NCBI GenBank assembly: GCA_965204735.1
Contig: OZ242008.1
Location: 3,232,001 to 3,296,000 of the forward strand
Source: Longimicrobiales bacterium
Lineage (GTDB): Bacteria > Gemmatimonadota > Gemmatimonadetes > Longimicrobiales > Gaopeijiaceae
Reading direction: 5' to 3'
Length of the DNA: 64,000 nt
This document shows positions 30,842 to 39,991 of the stretch, in pieces. The first letter of the stretch is position 1. Each line of letters opens with the position of its first letter. The notes beneath the pieces were generated by a model. It was not told the DNA's origin, did no database searches, and saw nothing but the letters and a program-made list of their open reading frames with translations. The position numbers and the translations under genes are program-made.

Positions 30842-31998
30842 GCAAGCGCCGCGTCTGCGTCGTCGTCACCGCCCGCCCCAGCTACGCCCGGGTCAAGTCG
30901 GTGCTGGAGGCCGTGGACCGCCACCCGGAGCTGGAGCTGCAGCTCGTCGTCGGCGCGTCGGCGCTGCTGGAGCGCTACGGCCCGGCGGTGGACGTGATCC
31001 GCTCCGACGGCTTCCGGCCCGATGCGGTGGTGTACATGGTCGTGGAAGGCGAGAACCTGGTGACCACGGCCAAGTCCACCGGCCTGGGCGTCGTGGAGCT
31101 GGCCACGATCTTCGACAACCTGAAGCCCGACGTGGTGGTGTCGGTCGCAGACCGCTACGAGACGATCGCCACCGCCATCTGCGCCGCGTACCTGAACATC
31201 CCCGTCGCCCACCTCCAGGGCGGCGAGGTGACCGGCTCCATCGACGAGAAGGTGCGCCACGCCGTCACGAAGCTGTCCAACCTCCACTTCGTCGCCAACG
31301 AGGCGGCGGCAGCGCGGGTCGTCCGCATGGGCGAGGATCCGGCGTCGGTCCACGTGACCGGCTGCCCTTCGGTGGACTTGGCCGCGCGGGTCGCGGCGGA
31401 AGCCCGCGATCGGCCCTTCGACCCCTTTCGGGAGTACGCCGGGGTGGGCCGTCCATTCGACCCGGCCGGCGGCTACCTGGTCGTCCTCCAGCACCCTGTC
31501 GCCACCGAGTACGAAGACGCGCTCGACCAGATCCGCGAGACGCTGGCCGCCGTCGAGGCCCTTGCCCTGCCCACCTTCTGGTTCTGGCCCAACGTCGACG
31601 CCGGCTCGGACCTGATCTCGAAGGGAATCCGCCACTACCGCGAGACTCGGCCCCTGGACCACGTCTACTTCTTCAAGAACTTGGCCCCGGAGGACTTCGT
31701 CCGGCTGATGCTGGGCGCGCGGTGCCTCGTCGGCAACTCGTCGGCGGGGATTCGGGAGGGCGCGTTCCTGGGAGTGCCGGCGGTGAACGTGGGCAGCCGC
31801 CAGGAAGGCCGCGACCGGGCCGGCAACGTGGTGGACGCAGGCTGCGACCGGAAGGCCGTCCGGGCCGCGGTCGAATCCCAGCTGGCCCACGGACGCCACC
31901 CGAGCTCGGCGCTGTACGGCGACGGTCGAGCCGGGGAACGGGTCGCGGAGCTGCTGGCGTCGCTCGATCCGACGGTCGAGAAGCGGATCGCTTACTGA
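30838..31998 (+). CDS. neuC: UDP-N-acetylglucosamine 2-epimerase (hydrolysing), NeuC-type
   Basis: TARPSY, DRYE, HLQGGEVTGSIDEKVRHAVTKL, QHPV, GNSSAGIRE, GSRQEGR, YGDG; located between neuB and neuA. Confidence 0.92.
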   Translation: MSKRRVCVVVTARPSYARVKSVLEAVDRHPELELQLVVGASALLERYGPAVDVIRSDGFRPDAVVYMVVEGENLVTTAKSTGLGVVELATIFDNLKPDVVVSVADRYETIATAICAAYLNIPVAHLQGGEVTGSIDEKVRHAVTKLSNLHFVANEAAAARVVRMGEDPASVHVTGCPSVDLAARVAAEARDRPFDPFREYAGVGRPFDPAGGYLVVLQHPVATEYEDALDQIRETLAAVEALALPTFWFWPNVDAGSDLISKGIRHYRETRPLDHVYFFKNLAPEDFVRLMLGARCLVGNSSAGIREGAFLGVPAVNVGSRQEGRDRAGNVVDAGCDRKAVRAAVESQLAHGRHPSSALYGDGRAGERVAELLASLDPTVEKRIAY

Positions 31999-32186
31999 TG
32001 AGCGCGCGGGCGACGATGCCCGGTACTGCCGCGCCGACTGCCGTCCGCGGCTTCCTCGACGCTGGTCCGTTCCGGCGGGGGATCGGCATGCCCGGTGCTG
32101 CCGCGCCGACTGCCGTCCGCGGCCGCTCGCGTCCCGGCACTCCAGCACGCGCTCCCGGCCGGCTCGCGCTCGCTCCAGCGCGCTGA
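31998..32186 (+). CDS. Putative 62-aa repeat-derived bridging mini-ORF
   Basis: ATG overlaps the neuC stop (TGATG) and its TGA overlaps the neuA ATG (TGATG); no recognisable domain. Confidence 0.4.
   Translation: MSARATMPGTAAPTAVRGFLDAGPFRRGIGMPGAAAPTAVRGRSRPGTPARAPGRLALAPAR
32016..32123. repeat. 36-nt repeat / 36-nt spacer / 36-nt repeat
   Basis: atgcccggt(a/g)ctgccgcgccgactgccgtccgcggc at 32016-32051 and 32088-32123; 35/36 identical with sharp boundaries. Confidence 0.95.
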
Positions 32187-32914
32187 TGCGCATCCTTGGC
32201 GTGATTCCGGCCCGAGGCGGCTCGAAGGGCGTGCCGGCGAAGAACCTGCGGATCGTGGGCGGAGCGCCGTTGGTGGTCCACAGCATCCGGACGGCCGAGG
32301 CGGTGTCGGACCTGGTCTTCCGCACGGTGGTGTCGACCGACGACCCGGAGACGGCCCGGGTGGCCCGGGAAGCCGGGGGCGACGTGCCCTTTCTGCGGCC
32401 GCCGGCGCTGGCGGGAGACCGGTCTCCCATGGCGCCTGCCGTCCGCCACGCCGTCGAGTTCGTGGAGGCGGACGACGGGAGAACGGTGGAGTGGGTGCTC
32501 CTCCTCCAGCCCACGAACCCGATCCGCCTCCGGGAAGACGTGGAGGCGGCGGTGCGCTTGGCGCAGGAAGGCGAGGGGCGCCCCGCAGAGGAAGGCCGGC
32601 CCTGCGACTCGGTGGTCTCGGTGGTGCGGGTCCACGCGACCCACCCGGTTCTGATGAAGCGGATCGAGAGAGGATGGCTGCGACCGTGGGGCGCTCCCGA
32701 GCCCGAGGGCCTCCGGCGCCAGGAGTGCAGCCCGCCCGCCTACATGAGGAACGGCGCCGTCTACCTGACCCGGCGGGACGTGGTGATGGGCGGCTCCATG
32801 TGGGGCGACCGAGTGCGGCCCTACGAGATGCCCGAGGAGCGGTCGGTGGGGATCGACACCGAGCTGGACCTGCGACTGGTGGAGCTGCTGATGCGGGAGG
32901 GCGGAGCGGCGTGA
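32186..32914 (+). CDS. neuA: Acylneuraminate (CMP-nonulosonate) cytidylyltransferase
   Basis: IPARGGSKGVPAKN, VSTDD, PFLRPPALA, LLQPTNP, NGAVY, IDTELD. Confidence 0.93.
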   Translation: MRILGVIPARGGSKGVPAKNLRIVGGAPLVVHSIRTAEAVSDLVFRTVVSTDDPETARVAREAGGDVPFLRPPALAGDRSPMAPAVRHAVEFVEADDGRTVEWVLLLQPTNPIRLREDVEAAVRLAQEGEGRPAEEGRPCDSVVSVVRVHATHPVLMKRIERGWLRPWGAPEPEGLRRQECSPPAYMRNGAVYLTRRDVVMGGSMWGDRVRPYEMPEERSVGIDTELDLRLVELLMREGGAA

Positions 32915-33891
32915 GAGCCCGTCTCCGGTACTGGCGCCGCGTCTTCTCCGCGTATTCGGGGAGACGCCCCAGCCACCTGACGTTCTGGCACGGCACGCCG
33001 GAGGTCGAGGAGCAGGCGGCTCCGGGCGCCGTCGATCTGTACTGGCAGCCGTTCCGCGCCAAGGCCGACTACCCTGGACCCTTCGACGAGCACGGCGTCC
33101 CCATGCTCGACTACCACGGCCACGTCGGTCTTCAGTACAACCCGATCGCGATCGCCCAATGGGGGCTGGGAAACTACAACGCGCTCCGCGCCGGAGCCGG
33201 CGACCGCGAGGAGCGGCGCCGGAAGTGCTTGCGGGCCGCCGACTGGCTGGTGGCGAACCTGGAGGAGAACCACGGCGGGCTGAAGGTCTGGAACCACCAC
33301 TTCGACTGGGAGTACCGGGGAGTGCTGACGGCGCCGTGGTACTCGGCCCTTTCCCAGGGCCAGGGCTTGTCCATGCTCGCGCGGGCGCACCGGCTGACCG
33401 GCGCCTCGCGGTACGTGGACGCGGCGCGAGAGGCGTTCCTCTCGTTCCGGGCGCCGCTGGAGCGGGGCGGCGTGAGCCACTGGGACGAGGAAGGGCGCGT
33501 ATGGTTCGAGGAAACGGTGGTGGACCCGCCGACCCACATCCTCAACGGCTTCATCTGGGCGGCTTGGGGCCTGTACGACCTTGCCCTTCACGCGGGCGAC
33601 GACGAGGCCGGCGCCCTCTTCGCCCAGGGGGTCGAAACGCTCGAGGAGTGCCTGCCCCGGTTCGACATGGGCTTCTGGTCGATGTACGACCTGCCGGGGA
33701 CCCGCATCCGCAACCCGGCCAGCGCCTTCTATCACGCCCTTCACGTGGTGCAGCTTCGAGTCCTCCACCGCCTGACCGGGCGAGAGGCGTTCCGCCGCAC
33801 CGCGGCCCGTTGGGACGCCTTTCAGCGGAGCCGATCCGGACGCCGGCGCGCAACCGCCCAGAAGGCGCTCTTCAAGCTGGTCCATTATTGA
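32911..33891 (+). CDS. D-glucuronyl C5-epimerase family protein
   Basis: YNPIAIAQWGL, PWYSALSQGQGLS, WFEE, HILNGFIWA, WSMYDL and YHALHVVQL match the C5-epimerase C-terminal domain pattern; GTGA overlap with neuA. Confidence 0.85.
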   Translation: MRARLRYWRRVFSAYSGRRPSHLTFWHGTPEVEEQAAPGAVDLYWQPFRAKADYPGPFDEHGVPMLDYHGHVGLQYNPIAIAQWGLGNYNALRAGAGDREERRRKCLRAADWLVANLEENHGGLKVWNHHFDWEYRGVLTAPWYSALSQGQGLSMLARAHRLTGASRYVDAAREAFLSFRAPLERGGVSHWDEEGRVWFEETVVDPPTHILNGFIWAAWGLYDLALHAGDDEAGALFAQGVETLEECLPRFDMGFWSMYDLPGTRIRNPASAFYHALHVVQLRVLHRLTGREAFRRTAARWDAFQRSRSGRRRATAQKALFKLVHY

Positions 33892-33895
33892 GGGC

Positions 33896-35236
33896 GTGCA
33901 CGTCCTGCTGATTCACCAGCTCTTCGCCACCGGGAACGAGGCCGGCGGCACCCGGCACTTCGAGATCGCGCGTCGGTGGACGGCGGCAGGCGACCAAGTG
34001 ACCGTGGTCACCAGTCCGGCCAACTACCTGACGGGCGCTCCCACGCCGCCGCCGGAGGGGCTGCCGGACGGGTTGGCCGTGGTGCGAACCGGGGTTGGCG
34101 CGTCGGCGGCCGGAGGCAAGTCGAGGTCGGGGACGGCCGGGGCGGAGGTCCCCATGGACGGCCGGACCTTCGTCGGGCGCGTGGTCGGCTTCGCGCGCTT
34201 TGCGCTGGCGGCTTTCGGGGCCGGGCTCCGCGCGCGGGGCGTCGACGTGGTGTGGGGAACCACGCCGCCGATCTTCCAAGCGCCCGCGGCGTGGGCCGTG
34301 GCCCGGCTGAAGGGGGCGCCGTTCCTCTTGGAGGTGCGGGACCTGTGGCCCGACTTCGCGGTCGCGCTGGGCGTCCTGCGCATGCCGGCGGCGGTCCGAG
34401 CGGCGAAGGCGTTGGAGCGGTTCCTCTATCGCCGGGCCGACTTGGTGGTCGTCAACTCGCCGGGGTTCGTGGACCACGTGCGGCGGGAGTGCGGCCGCGA
34501 GCCGCTGGTGGTGCCCAACGGGGTCGATCCCGCGCCCTTCCTCTCGGCCGACCGGGTGGGGTGGCGACGGCGGCTGGGCTGGGAAGGGAGGTTCGTGGTT
34601 CTGTACGCGGGCGCCCATGGGGTGCCCAACGACCTGGAAGTAGTCTTGCGGGCGGCGAGGGCCCAGGCCGGAGCCGACGAGGCGCGGGACGCCGCGGACC
34701 GAGACGAAGATGCCGCGACGCGCGCCCGCGGCCCTGCGCGCCAGGCAGCTCCGGGCCGCGAGCTCTTCGCCTTCGTGGGGTCGGGGCGCGACTTGGCCCG
34801 ACTGCGACGTCTGGCCGAGGAGTGGAAGCTGCCCAACGTTCGGTTCATGGGTCCCCGCCCCAAGTCCCAGATGCCCGGCATCCTGGCCGCCGCCGACTGC
34901 TGCGTCGCCATCCTCAAGCCCATCCCCATGTTCGCCACCACCTACCCGAACAAGGTCTTCGACTACATGGCGGCCGGGCGTCCCGTGGTGCTGGCGGTGG
35001 ACGGGCCGATCCGGCAGGTGGTGGAGTCGGCCGGGGCGGGCGTCTTCTCGCGGCCGGGCGATCCGGCGGCCCTGCTGGAGGCCGTGCGGCAGTACCGGAC
35101 CGACCCGGCCCGGGCGGCGCGGGACGGAGCGGCGGGGCAGGCTGCGGTGGCGAAGCGCTTCCACCGGGACGCCCAGGCAAGGCGGCTGCGGGACGCATTG
35201 GCAGGGATGCTCGCTCCCCGGGAGGCGAAGCCGTGA
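33896..35236 (+). CDS. Glycosyltransferase family 4 (WbuB-like)
   Basis: GGTRH, TTPP, EVRDLWP, VPNGVD, YAGAHG, PNKVFDYMAAGRPV. Confidence 0.9.
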   Translation: MHVLLIHQLFATGNEAGGTRHFEIARRWTAAGDQVTVVTSPANYLTGAPTPPPEGLPDGLAVVRTGVGASAAGGKSRSGTAGAEVPMDGRTFVGRVVGFARFALAAFGAGLRARGVDVVWGTTPPIFQAPAAWAVARLKGAPFLLEVRDLWPDFAVALGVLRMPAAVRAAKALERFLYRRADLVVVNSPGFVDHVRRECGREPLVVPNGVDPAPFLSADRVGWRRRLGWEGRFVVLYAGAHGVPNDLEVVLRAARAQAGADEARDAADRDEDAATRARGPARQAAPGRELFAFVGSGRDLARLRRLAEEWKLPNVRFMGPRPKSQMPGILAAADCCVAILKPIPMFATTYPNKVFDYMAAGRPVVLAVDGPIRQVVESAGAGVFSRPGDPAALLEAVRQYRTDPARAARDGAAGQAAVAKRFHRDAQARRLRDALAGMLAPREAKP

Positions 35237-35310
35237 GGGCGCCCGGGGCGGGCTGGACGCGCCGGAAGACGCCGGCAGGGCTGCTCGCTCCCCGGACGCC
35301 GAAACCGTGA
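35233..35310 (+). CDS. Putative 25-aa bridging mini-ORF 1
   Basis: GTG overlaps the GT4 stop; reads VRAPGAGWTRRKTPAGLLAPRTPKP-stop; its stop overlaps the next GTG. Confidence 0.35.
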   Translation: MRAPGAGWTRRKTPAGLLAPRTPKP

Positions 35311-35456
35311 GGGCACCCGGGGCGGGCGCGACGCGCCGGAAGACGCCGCCAGCTGCTCGCTCACCGGGCACCGAAGCTGTGAGGGCGCCCGGGGCGGGCG
35401 TGACGCGTCGGAAGACGCCGACAGGGCTGCTCGCTCCCACGGAGCCGGAGCCGTGA
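35307..35456 (+). CDS. Putative 49-aa bridging mini-ORF 2
   Basis: GTGA overlaps at both ends; the stop overlaps the epimerase start at 35453. Confidence 0.35.
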   Translation: MRAPGAGATRRKTPPAARSPGTEAVRAPGAGVTRRKTPTGLLAPTEPEP

Positions 35457-36622
35457 GGGCGCTTGTGACCGGGGGCGCCGGGTTCATCGGCCGGCGCCTG
35501 GTGCGGCGCCTGATCCGCGACGGCGCCAGGGTCGCGGTGCTGGACGCCCTGGTCCCCTCGGTGCACGGGGAGGAAGCCGCGGCGCCGGAGCTGGGCGACG
35601 CCCGCTTCGTGCGGGGCGACGTGCGCGACCCGGCTGCCTGGAAGGAGGCGGCGGCGGGCGGGGTGGACGTGGTGGCGCACCTTGCGGCGGAGACGGGAAC
35701 GGGCGAGTCGATGTACCGGACCTGCCGCTACGTGGACGCGAACGCGGGCGGCGCCGCCGTCCTGTGCGACCTGATCACCCGCGGCGAGCTCGCCCCCGAG
35801 CGGGTGGCGCTGGCGTCGTCCCGGGCGGTGTACGGCGAAGGCCCCTACCGAACGCCGGGCGGCAAGGTGGTGTACCCGGGGCCCCGCAGCCGCGCCGCCC
35901 TCGAAGCCGGTCGATGGGAGCCCGCCGGACCGTCGGGCGAGCCCCTTTCGGCCGTCGCCAGCGGACCTTCGGCCCGGAGGTCGCCCGCGTCGGCGTACGG
36001 AGTCACCAAGCTGGCCCAGGAAGAGCTTCTGCGGGTCGCCCTGCCGCCGGCCGGCGTCGGCCTTCTCGCGCTCCGGCTCCAGAACGTCTACGGGCCGGGC
36101 CAGTCCCTCCTCAACCCCTACACCGGCGTCTTGTCGATCTTTTCGGTGCAGCTGCTGGAGGGCGAGCGCGTCCGCCTCTTCGAGGACGGCTTGGCCACCC
36201 GCGACTTCGTGTACGTCGACGACGCGGTGGACGCTTTCGCGAGGGGGCTTCGCGCGGAGCTGCCTTCCAGCGTCGCCGTGGTCGACGTCGGCGGCGGGGC
36301 GCGCACCCCGATCTCGGAAGCGGCCGACTTGCTCCGCCGCAAGCTCGACGCCCCGCCCGAGGCCGTGACGGTGACCGGCGAGTTCCGGGTGGGCGACGTC
36401 CGCCACGCCCAAGCCGAACTCTCCCGCGCCCGGGCCCTTCTCGGCTGGCGCCCCACGACTCCCTTGGCCCAGGGCCTGGGCGCCCTGGCCGCTTGGGTGC
36501 GCGACGCCGCCGCTTCGGGTTCCCGGCTCGCCTCGGCGCTGGAGGAGATGGCCAGGGCCGGCCTGCTCGGACGGGCGTCCGTCGGCGAGAAGCCCGTCCG
36601 GCGCGCCGAGCGCCCGACTTGA
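35453..36622 (+). CDS. NAD-dependent nucleotide-sugar epimerase/dehydratase (extended SDR)
   Basis: VTGGAGFIG, HLAAETG, SSRAVYGEG, YGVTK, NVYGPGQ, RDFVYVDD, GDVRH. Confidence 0.92.
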   Translation: MRALVTGGAGFIGRRLVRRLIRDGARVAVLDALVPSVHGEEAAAPELGDARFVRGDVRDPAAWKEAAAGGVDVVAHLAAETGTGESMYRTCRYVDANAGGAAVLCDLITRGELAPERVALASSRAVYGEGPYRTPGGKVVYPGPRSRAALEAGRWEPAGPSGEPLSAVASGPSARRSPASAYGVTKLAQEELLRVALPPAGVGLLALRLQNVYGPGQSLLNPYTGVLSIFSVQLLEGERVRLFEDGLATRDFVYVDDAVDAFARGLRAELPSSVAVVDVGGGARTPISEAADLLRRKLDAPPEAVTVTGEFRVGDVRHAQAELSRARALLGWRPTTPLAQGLGALAAWVRDAAASGSRLASALEEMARAGLLGRASVGEKPVRRAERPT

Positions 36623-36626
36623 GCCG

Positions 36627-38471
36627 ATGTGCAGGATAGCCGGGGCGGTGGGCGCCGATCTCGATCCCGGCCGAATCCGGGCCGCGCTGGACGTGCAGGA
36701 CCACGGCGGACCCGACGACCGGGGAAGCTGGCTGGACCCGGCCCACCCCGTGGCCCTTTGCCACAACCGCCTCAGCATCATCGACACCACGCGGGCGGGG
36801 CGCCAGCCCATGACCTCGCCGGACGAATCGGTCGTGCTCGTCTTCAACGGCGAGATCTACAACTACAAGGAGCTCCGGGACGTGCTTCCGCCCCGCGCTT
36901 ATCGGAGCGCCACCGACTCGGAAGTCCTGCTGGCGTCCTACGTGGAGTGGGGACCTGCGTTCCTCGAACGCCTCAACGGCATGTTCGCCCTTGCCCTTTG
37001 GGACCGTCGGCGCAAGCTGCTGCTCTGCGCCCGGGACCGCCTGGGAATCAAGCCCTTCCACTACGCCGTCCACCAAGGCGCCTTCTACTTCGCTTCCGAG
37101 ATCAAGGGACTGGCGGCCCTGGGCGTGCCAACCGCCCCCAACATGAAGGCTTGGGCCGAATATCTGGTCCACGGGTGTTCGGACCACGGCGCGGACACAT
37201 TCTTCCAGGGCGTGCGCAGCTTGGCCCCGGGCGCGGCTCTCACGCTCCGCCTCGGACGTCACGCCAACCCCCGCCCTCGGCGCTGGTGGGACCTGCCCGC
37301 CTTGACGAAGGAACCCCTTCCCGACTCCTCCGACTCCAAGCGATCCGTCCAGCGGACTCTCCTCGAGCTGCTGGACGACTCGGTGCGCCTGCGCCTGCGC
37401 GCCGACGTCCCCGTGGGCGTCAACCTGAGCGGCGGCTTGGACTCGGCGTCCCTGCTGGCCTCGGTGGCGCGCTCGACGGCCGGCAAGGCCGTGCACACGT
37501 TCACGGCGACGTTCGGCAGCCCCGCCTACGACGAGACCGTCTTTGCAGGAGAAGCGCCCGGACGGCGCCACTGGACGCGCAACGAGGCGCGCATCGACGC
37601 CGGCCAGGTCATGGAGCTTGCCCACGAGGCGGCGTGGCATCAGGAAGCGCCGTTCGGGGGAGTCGCGACCCTCGCCTACCACCGCCTTCACCAGTCGGCC
37701 CGGGAGACGGGCGTTACGGTGCTCTTGGAAGGCCAGGGCGTCGACGAGCTCCTCGCCGGGTACTCCTACTACCTGCCGCACCACTTGCTGGACCTCCTGG
37801 AGTCCGGCCGCCGCGACCGGGTGCGGGCCGAGATCAGGGCGTCGGGAACGAACCGCCGCCGGGCGACGGAGCAGATGCGCCGCCTTCTGGACGGTCGCGC
37901 CCAAGCCGTTTCCCAGGACGGCACCGCCCACCTTCGTCCCCTTTGCGCAACTCCGGCGATGCGGGAGCTGGCCGGTCCTCCGCCGGAGTTCGAGCGGCCC
38001 TTCCCCGACCGCTTGCGCAACGTCCTCTACCGAGACTTGGCGCACACGAAGCTGCCCCGGGTGCTGCGGATGAACGACCGCCTGTCCATGGCTTCGTCGC
38101 GGGAGCTGCGGGAGCCTTTCCTGGACCACCGCATCGTCGAGTTCGCCTTCCGACTGCCGGGCTGCTGGAAGGTTCGCGACGGCTCTTCCAAGTACGTGCT
38201 GCGCCGGGCGATGAAGGGCCGGCTCGCCGAAGCCGCGCGCTGGGCGCCCAAGCGGGCCGTGGTCACGCCGCAGCGGGAGTGGCTCGCAGGTCCTCTGGCC
38301 GGGGCCGTCGAGGAGATCGTCGGTTCGCCCGAGTTCGCCGCCCGAGGGCTCTTCGACGCCAAGGAAGTCGGGGCCGAGCTCCACGCGTTTCGGGAGCAGG
38401 GAAGCCCCAACTCCTTTCACGTCTGGCAGTGGGTCGCGACCGAGCTGTGGTTTCGGCGGTTCGCTTCGTGA
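36627..38471 (+). CDS. AsnB-type amidotransferase, paralogue 1
   Basis: N-terminal Cys2, HNRLSIID, FNGEIYN, RDRLGIKP, LSGGLDS, GQGVDE, ELREPFLD. Confidence 0.9.
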   Translation: MCRIAGAVGADLDPGRIRAALDVQDHGGPDDRGSWLDPAHPVALCHNRLSIIDTTRAGRQPMTSPDESVVLVFNGEIYNYKELRDVLPPRAYRSATDSEVLLASYVEWGPAFLERLNGMFALALWDRRRKLLLCARDRLGIKPFHYAVHQGAFYFASEIKGLAALGVPTAPNMKAWAEYLVHGCSDHGADTFFQGVRSLAPGAALTLRLGRHANPRPRRWWDLPALTKEPLPDSSDSKRSVQRTLLELLDDSVRLRLRADVPVGVNLSGGLDSASLLASVARSTAGKAVHTFTATFGSPAYDETVFAGEAPGRRHWTRNEARIDAGQVMELAHEAAWHQEAPFGGVATLAYHRLHQSARETGVTVLLEGQGVDELLAGYSYYLPHHLLDLLESGRRDRVRAEIRASGTNRRRATEQMRRLLDGRAQAVSQDGTAHLRPLCATPAMRELAGPPPEFERPFPDRLRNVLYRDLAHTKLPRVLRMNDRLSMASSRELREPFLDHRIVEFAFRLPGCWKVRDGSSKYVLRRAMKGRLAEAARWAPKRAVVTPQREWLAGPLAGAVEEIVGSPEFAARGLFDAKEVGAELHAFREQGSPNSFHVWQWVATELWFRRFAS

Positions 38472-39964
38472 CCGACGGCGCTTCGGCGTCCGCCGTCCGT
38501 GCCCAGGCGGGCTCGTCGCCCGTCGAGAGGGACCGGCCGTGGACGGTCTTCGTGGGCATCCCCATGGCCGCCGGCGTCCGCGACTTCCTTCGCACCGACG
38601 CCTTTGCTCGGCTGCGGGACGCCGGCGTCCGGCTGCATCTCTTCACCCGGGCCGGCCACGTGCCCGGCTTCGTGAAGGAGTTCGCCGCCCCGAACGTGCA
38701 CTTCCACCCCCTCGTCCCTGCGCCCGACGGCCTCTTTCGGCTCGTCGACAAAGTCGTCCACCGCCTCTTCGTCCTCGTCCTCTCCAGCCGCACGAGCACG
38801 GGCCGCATCTACGCCCGGACAAGGTCGGCCCGCAGTTCGGCCGTCCGACTGCTGCACCCTCCCGCCGCCGCCTTCGCCTCCAGCTTCGGCCGCCCTCTGC
38901 TGCGCCTCTCGCGTTGGGCGATCCGCCGCTTCGCTCCCGACCTCTACGGCGCCCACGTCCGGCGACTGCGCCCCGACTTGGTGATCGGCACTCGCGTGCT
39001 CACGCTGACGGCCGGTCGGGGCCCCGCCGCCGAGCCCTACTTGGACCGCTGGCTGATCATCTCGGCGGCAAAGCACAAGCTGCCCACGGCGGTCCTCGTG
39101 CCCAGCTGGGACAACTTGACCAGCAAGGGCTTCTTCCCGGCGCTGCCGGACCGCGTCGCGGTGTGGAACGAGACGATGCGTCGGGAAGCGATCGAGGTCC
39201 ACGACCTGCCTCCGGAAGCCGTGCGGGCGACGGGCGCGCCCCAGCACGACGTCTACGCCGGCGCCCCGTACGCCGCTCGAAGCGAGTTCTGCGCCACCCT
39301 CGGCTTCGACCCCGACAAGCCGTATCTGGTGTACGCGACCCAGACCGAGGGGACGGTGCCCCACGAGCCTCGGCTGGCCCTGGAGATCGCCCGGGCGGCG
39401 CGGCGACACTTTGGAGACTCGCTGCAGGTTCTCGTCCGCGTGCACCAGATGGACCGGGCGGAGCGCTACCGCGAGCTGCGGAAGCTGCCCGGCGTGGCCG
39501 TCGACGCCGCCGGCTCGGGGCGTCTGGGCGAGTACCGGGACCGGGACTTCGACCGGGCGGCGAGCGAGCGCCTGGCGGACACCCTCTGCCACGCCGCCGT
39601 GGCCGCCAGCACCGCGTCGTCGATCTCGATCGACGCCGCCGCCGTGGGCACCCCCGTCGTGGGCGTCCGCTTCGACGTGGGCGGCGAACGCCCCTACGAG
39701 CGCTCGGTGCGCCGCTACTTCGACTTCACCCACCAAGCCAACTTGGTGCGCTCGGGCGGCTTGCGCCTCGTCTCCGACATCTCGCAGCTCATGGACGCGG
39801 TGGCGCACTACGTGAGGGACCCGTCCTCCGACGCGGACGCCCGCCGGAAGATGGTGGAGGAGCAGGCGTTCCGCCTGGACGGTCGCGCAGGCCGGCGGGT
39901 AGCGGACGCGATCCTGGAGGCGCTGGCCGACCTGGGCCCGTGCCCGCCGGCGGGACGCCACTAG
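38468..39964 (+). CDS. GT-B fold transferase (CDP-glycerol glycerophosphotransferase/sialyltransferase-like)
   Basis: SWDNLTSKG, VWNETM, TGAPQHD, LVRVH, SSISIDA, DGRAGRRV; family call by motif resemblance only. Confidence 0.6.
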   Translation: MTDGASASAVRAQAGSSPVERDRPWTVFVGIPMAAGVRDFLRTDAFARLRDAGVRLHLFTRAGHVPGFVKEFAAPNVHFHPLVPAPDGLFRLVDKVVHRLFVLVLSSRTSTGRIYARTRSARSSAVRLLHPPAAAFASSFGRPLLRLSRWAIRRFAPDLYGAHVRRLRPDLVIGTRVLTLTAGRGPAAEPYLDRWLIISAAKHKLPTAVLVPSWDNLTSKGFFPALPDRVAVWNETMRREAIEVHDLPPEAVRATGAPQHDVYAGAPYAARSEFCATLGFDPDKPYLVYATQTEGTVPHEPRLALEIARAARRHFGDSLQVLVRVHQMDRAERYRELRKLPGVAVDAAGSGRLGEYRDRDFDRAASERLADTLCHAAVAASTASSISIDAAAVGTPVVGVRFDVGGERPYERSVRRYFDFTHQANLVRSGGLRLVSDISQLMDAVAHYVRDPSSDADARRKMVEEQAFRLDGRAGRRVADAILEALADLGPCPPAGRH

Positions 39965-39991
39965 GGCGGGCCGAAGCGGGGGACCCGAACC

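Larger units (their letters stand above)
35201..35462. repeat. Tandem amplification of a stop/start gene junction (periods 74, 72 and 74 nt)
   Basis: tgctcgctc...gtgagggc recurs, with GTGA at 35233, 35307, 35379 and 35453. Confidence 0.92.

Noticed and set aside
26605..35462. Canonical CRISPR array at the 72-nt period repeats
   Set aside because: No cas genes or leader. Repeats differ between loci, the tsaE 'spacers' are identical, and most units are in coding frame. Only the geometric resemblance is reported.
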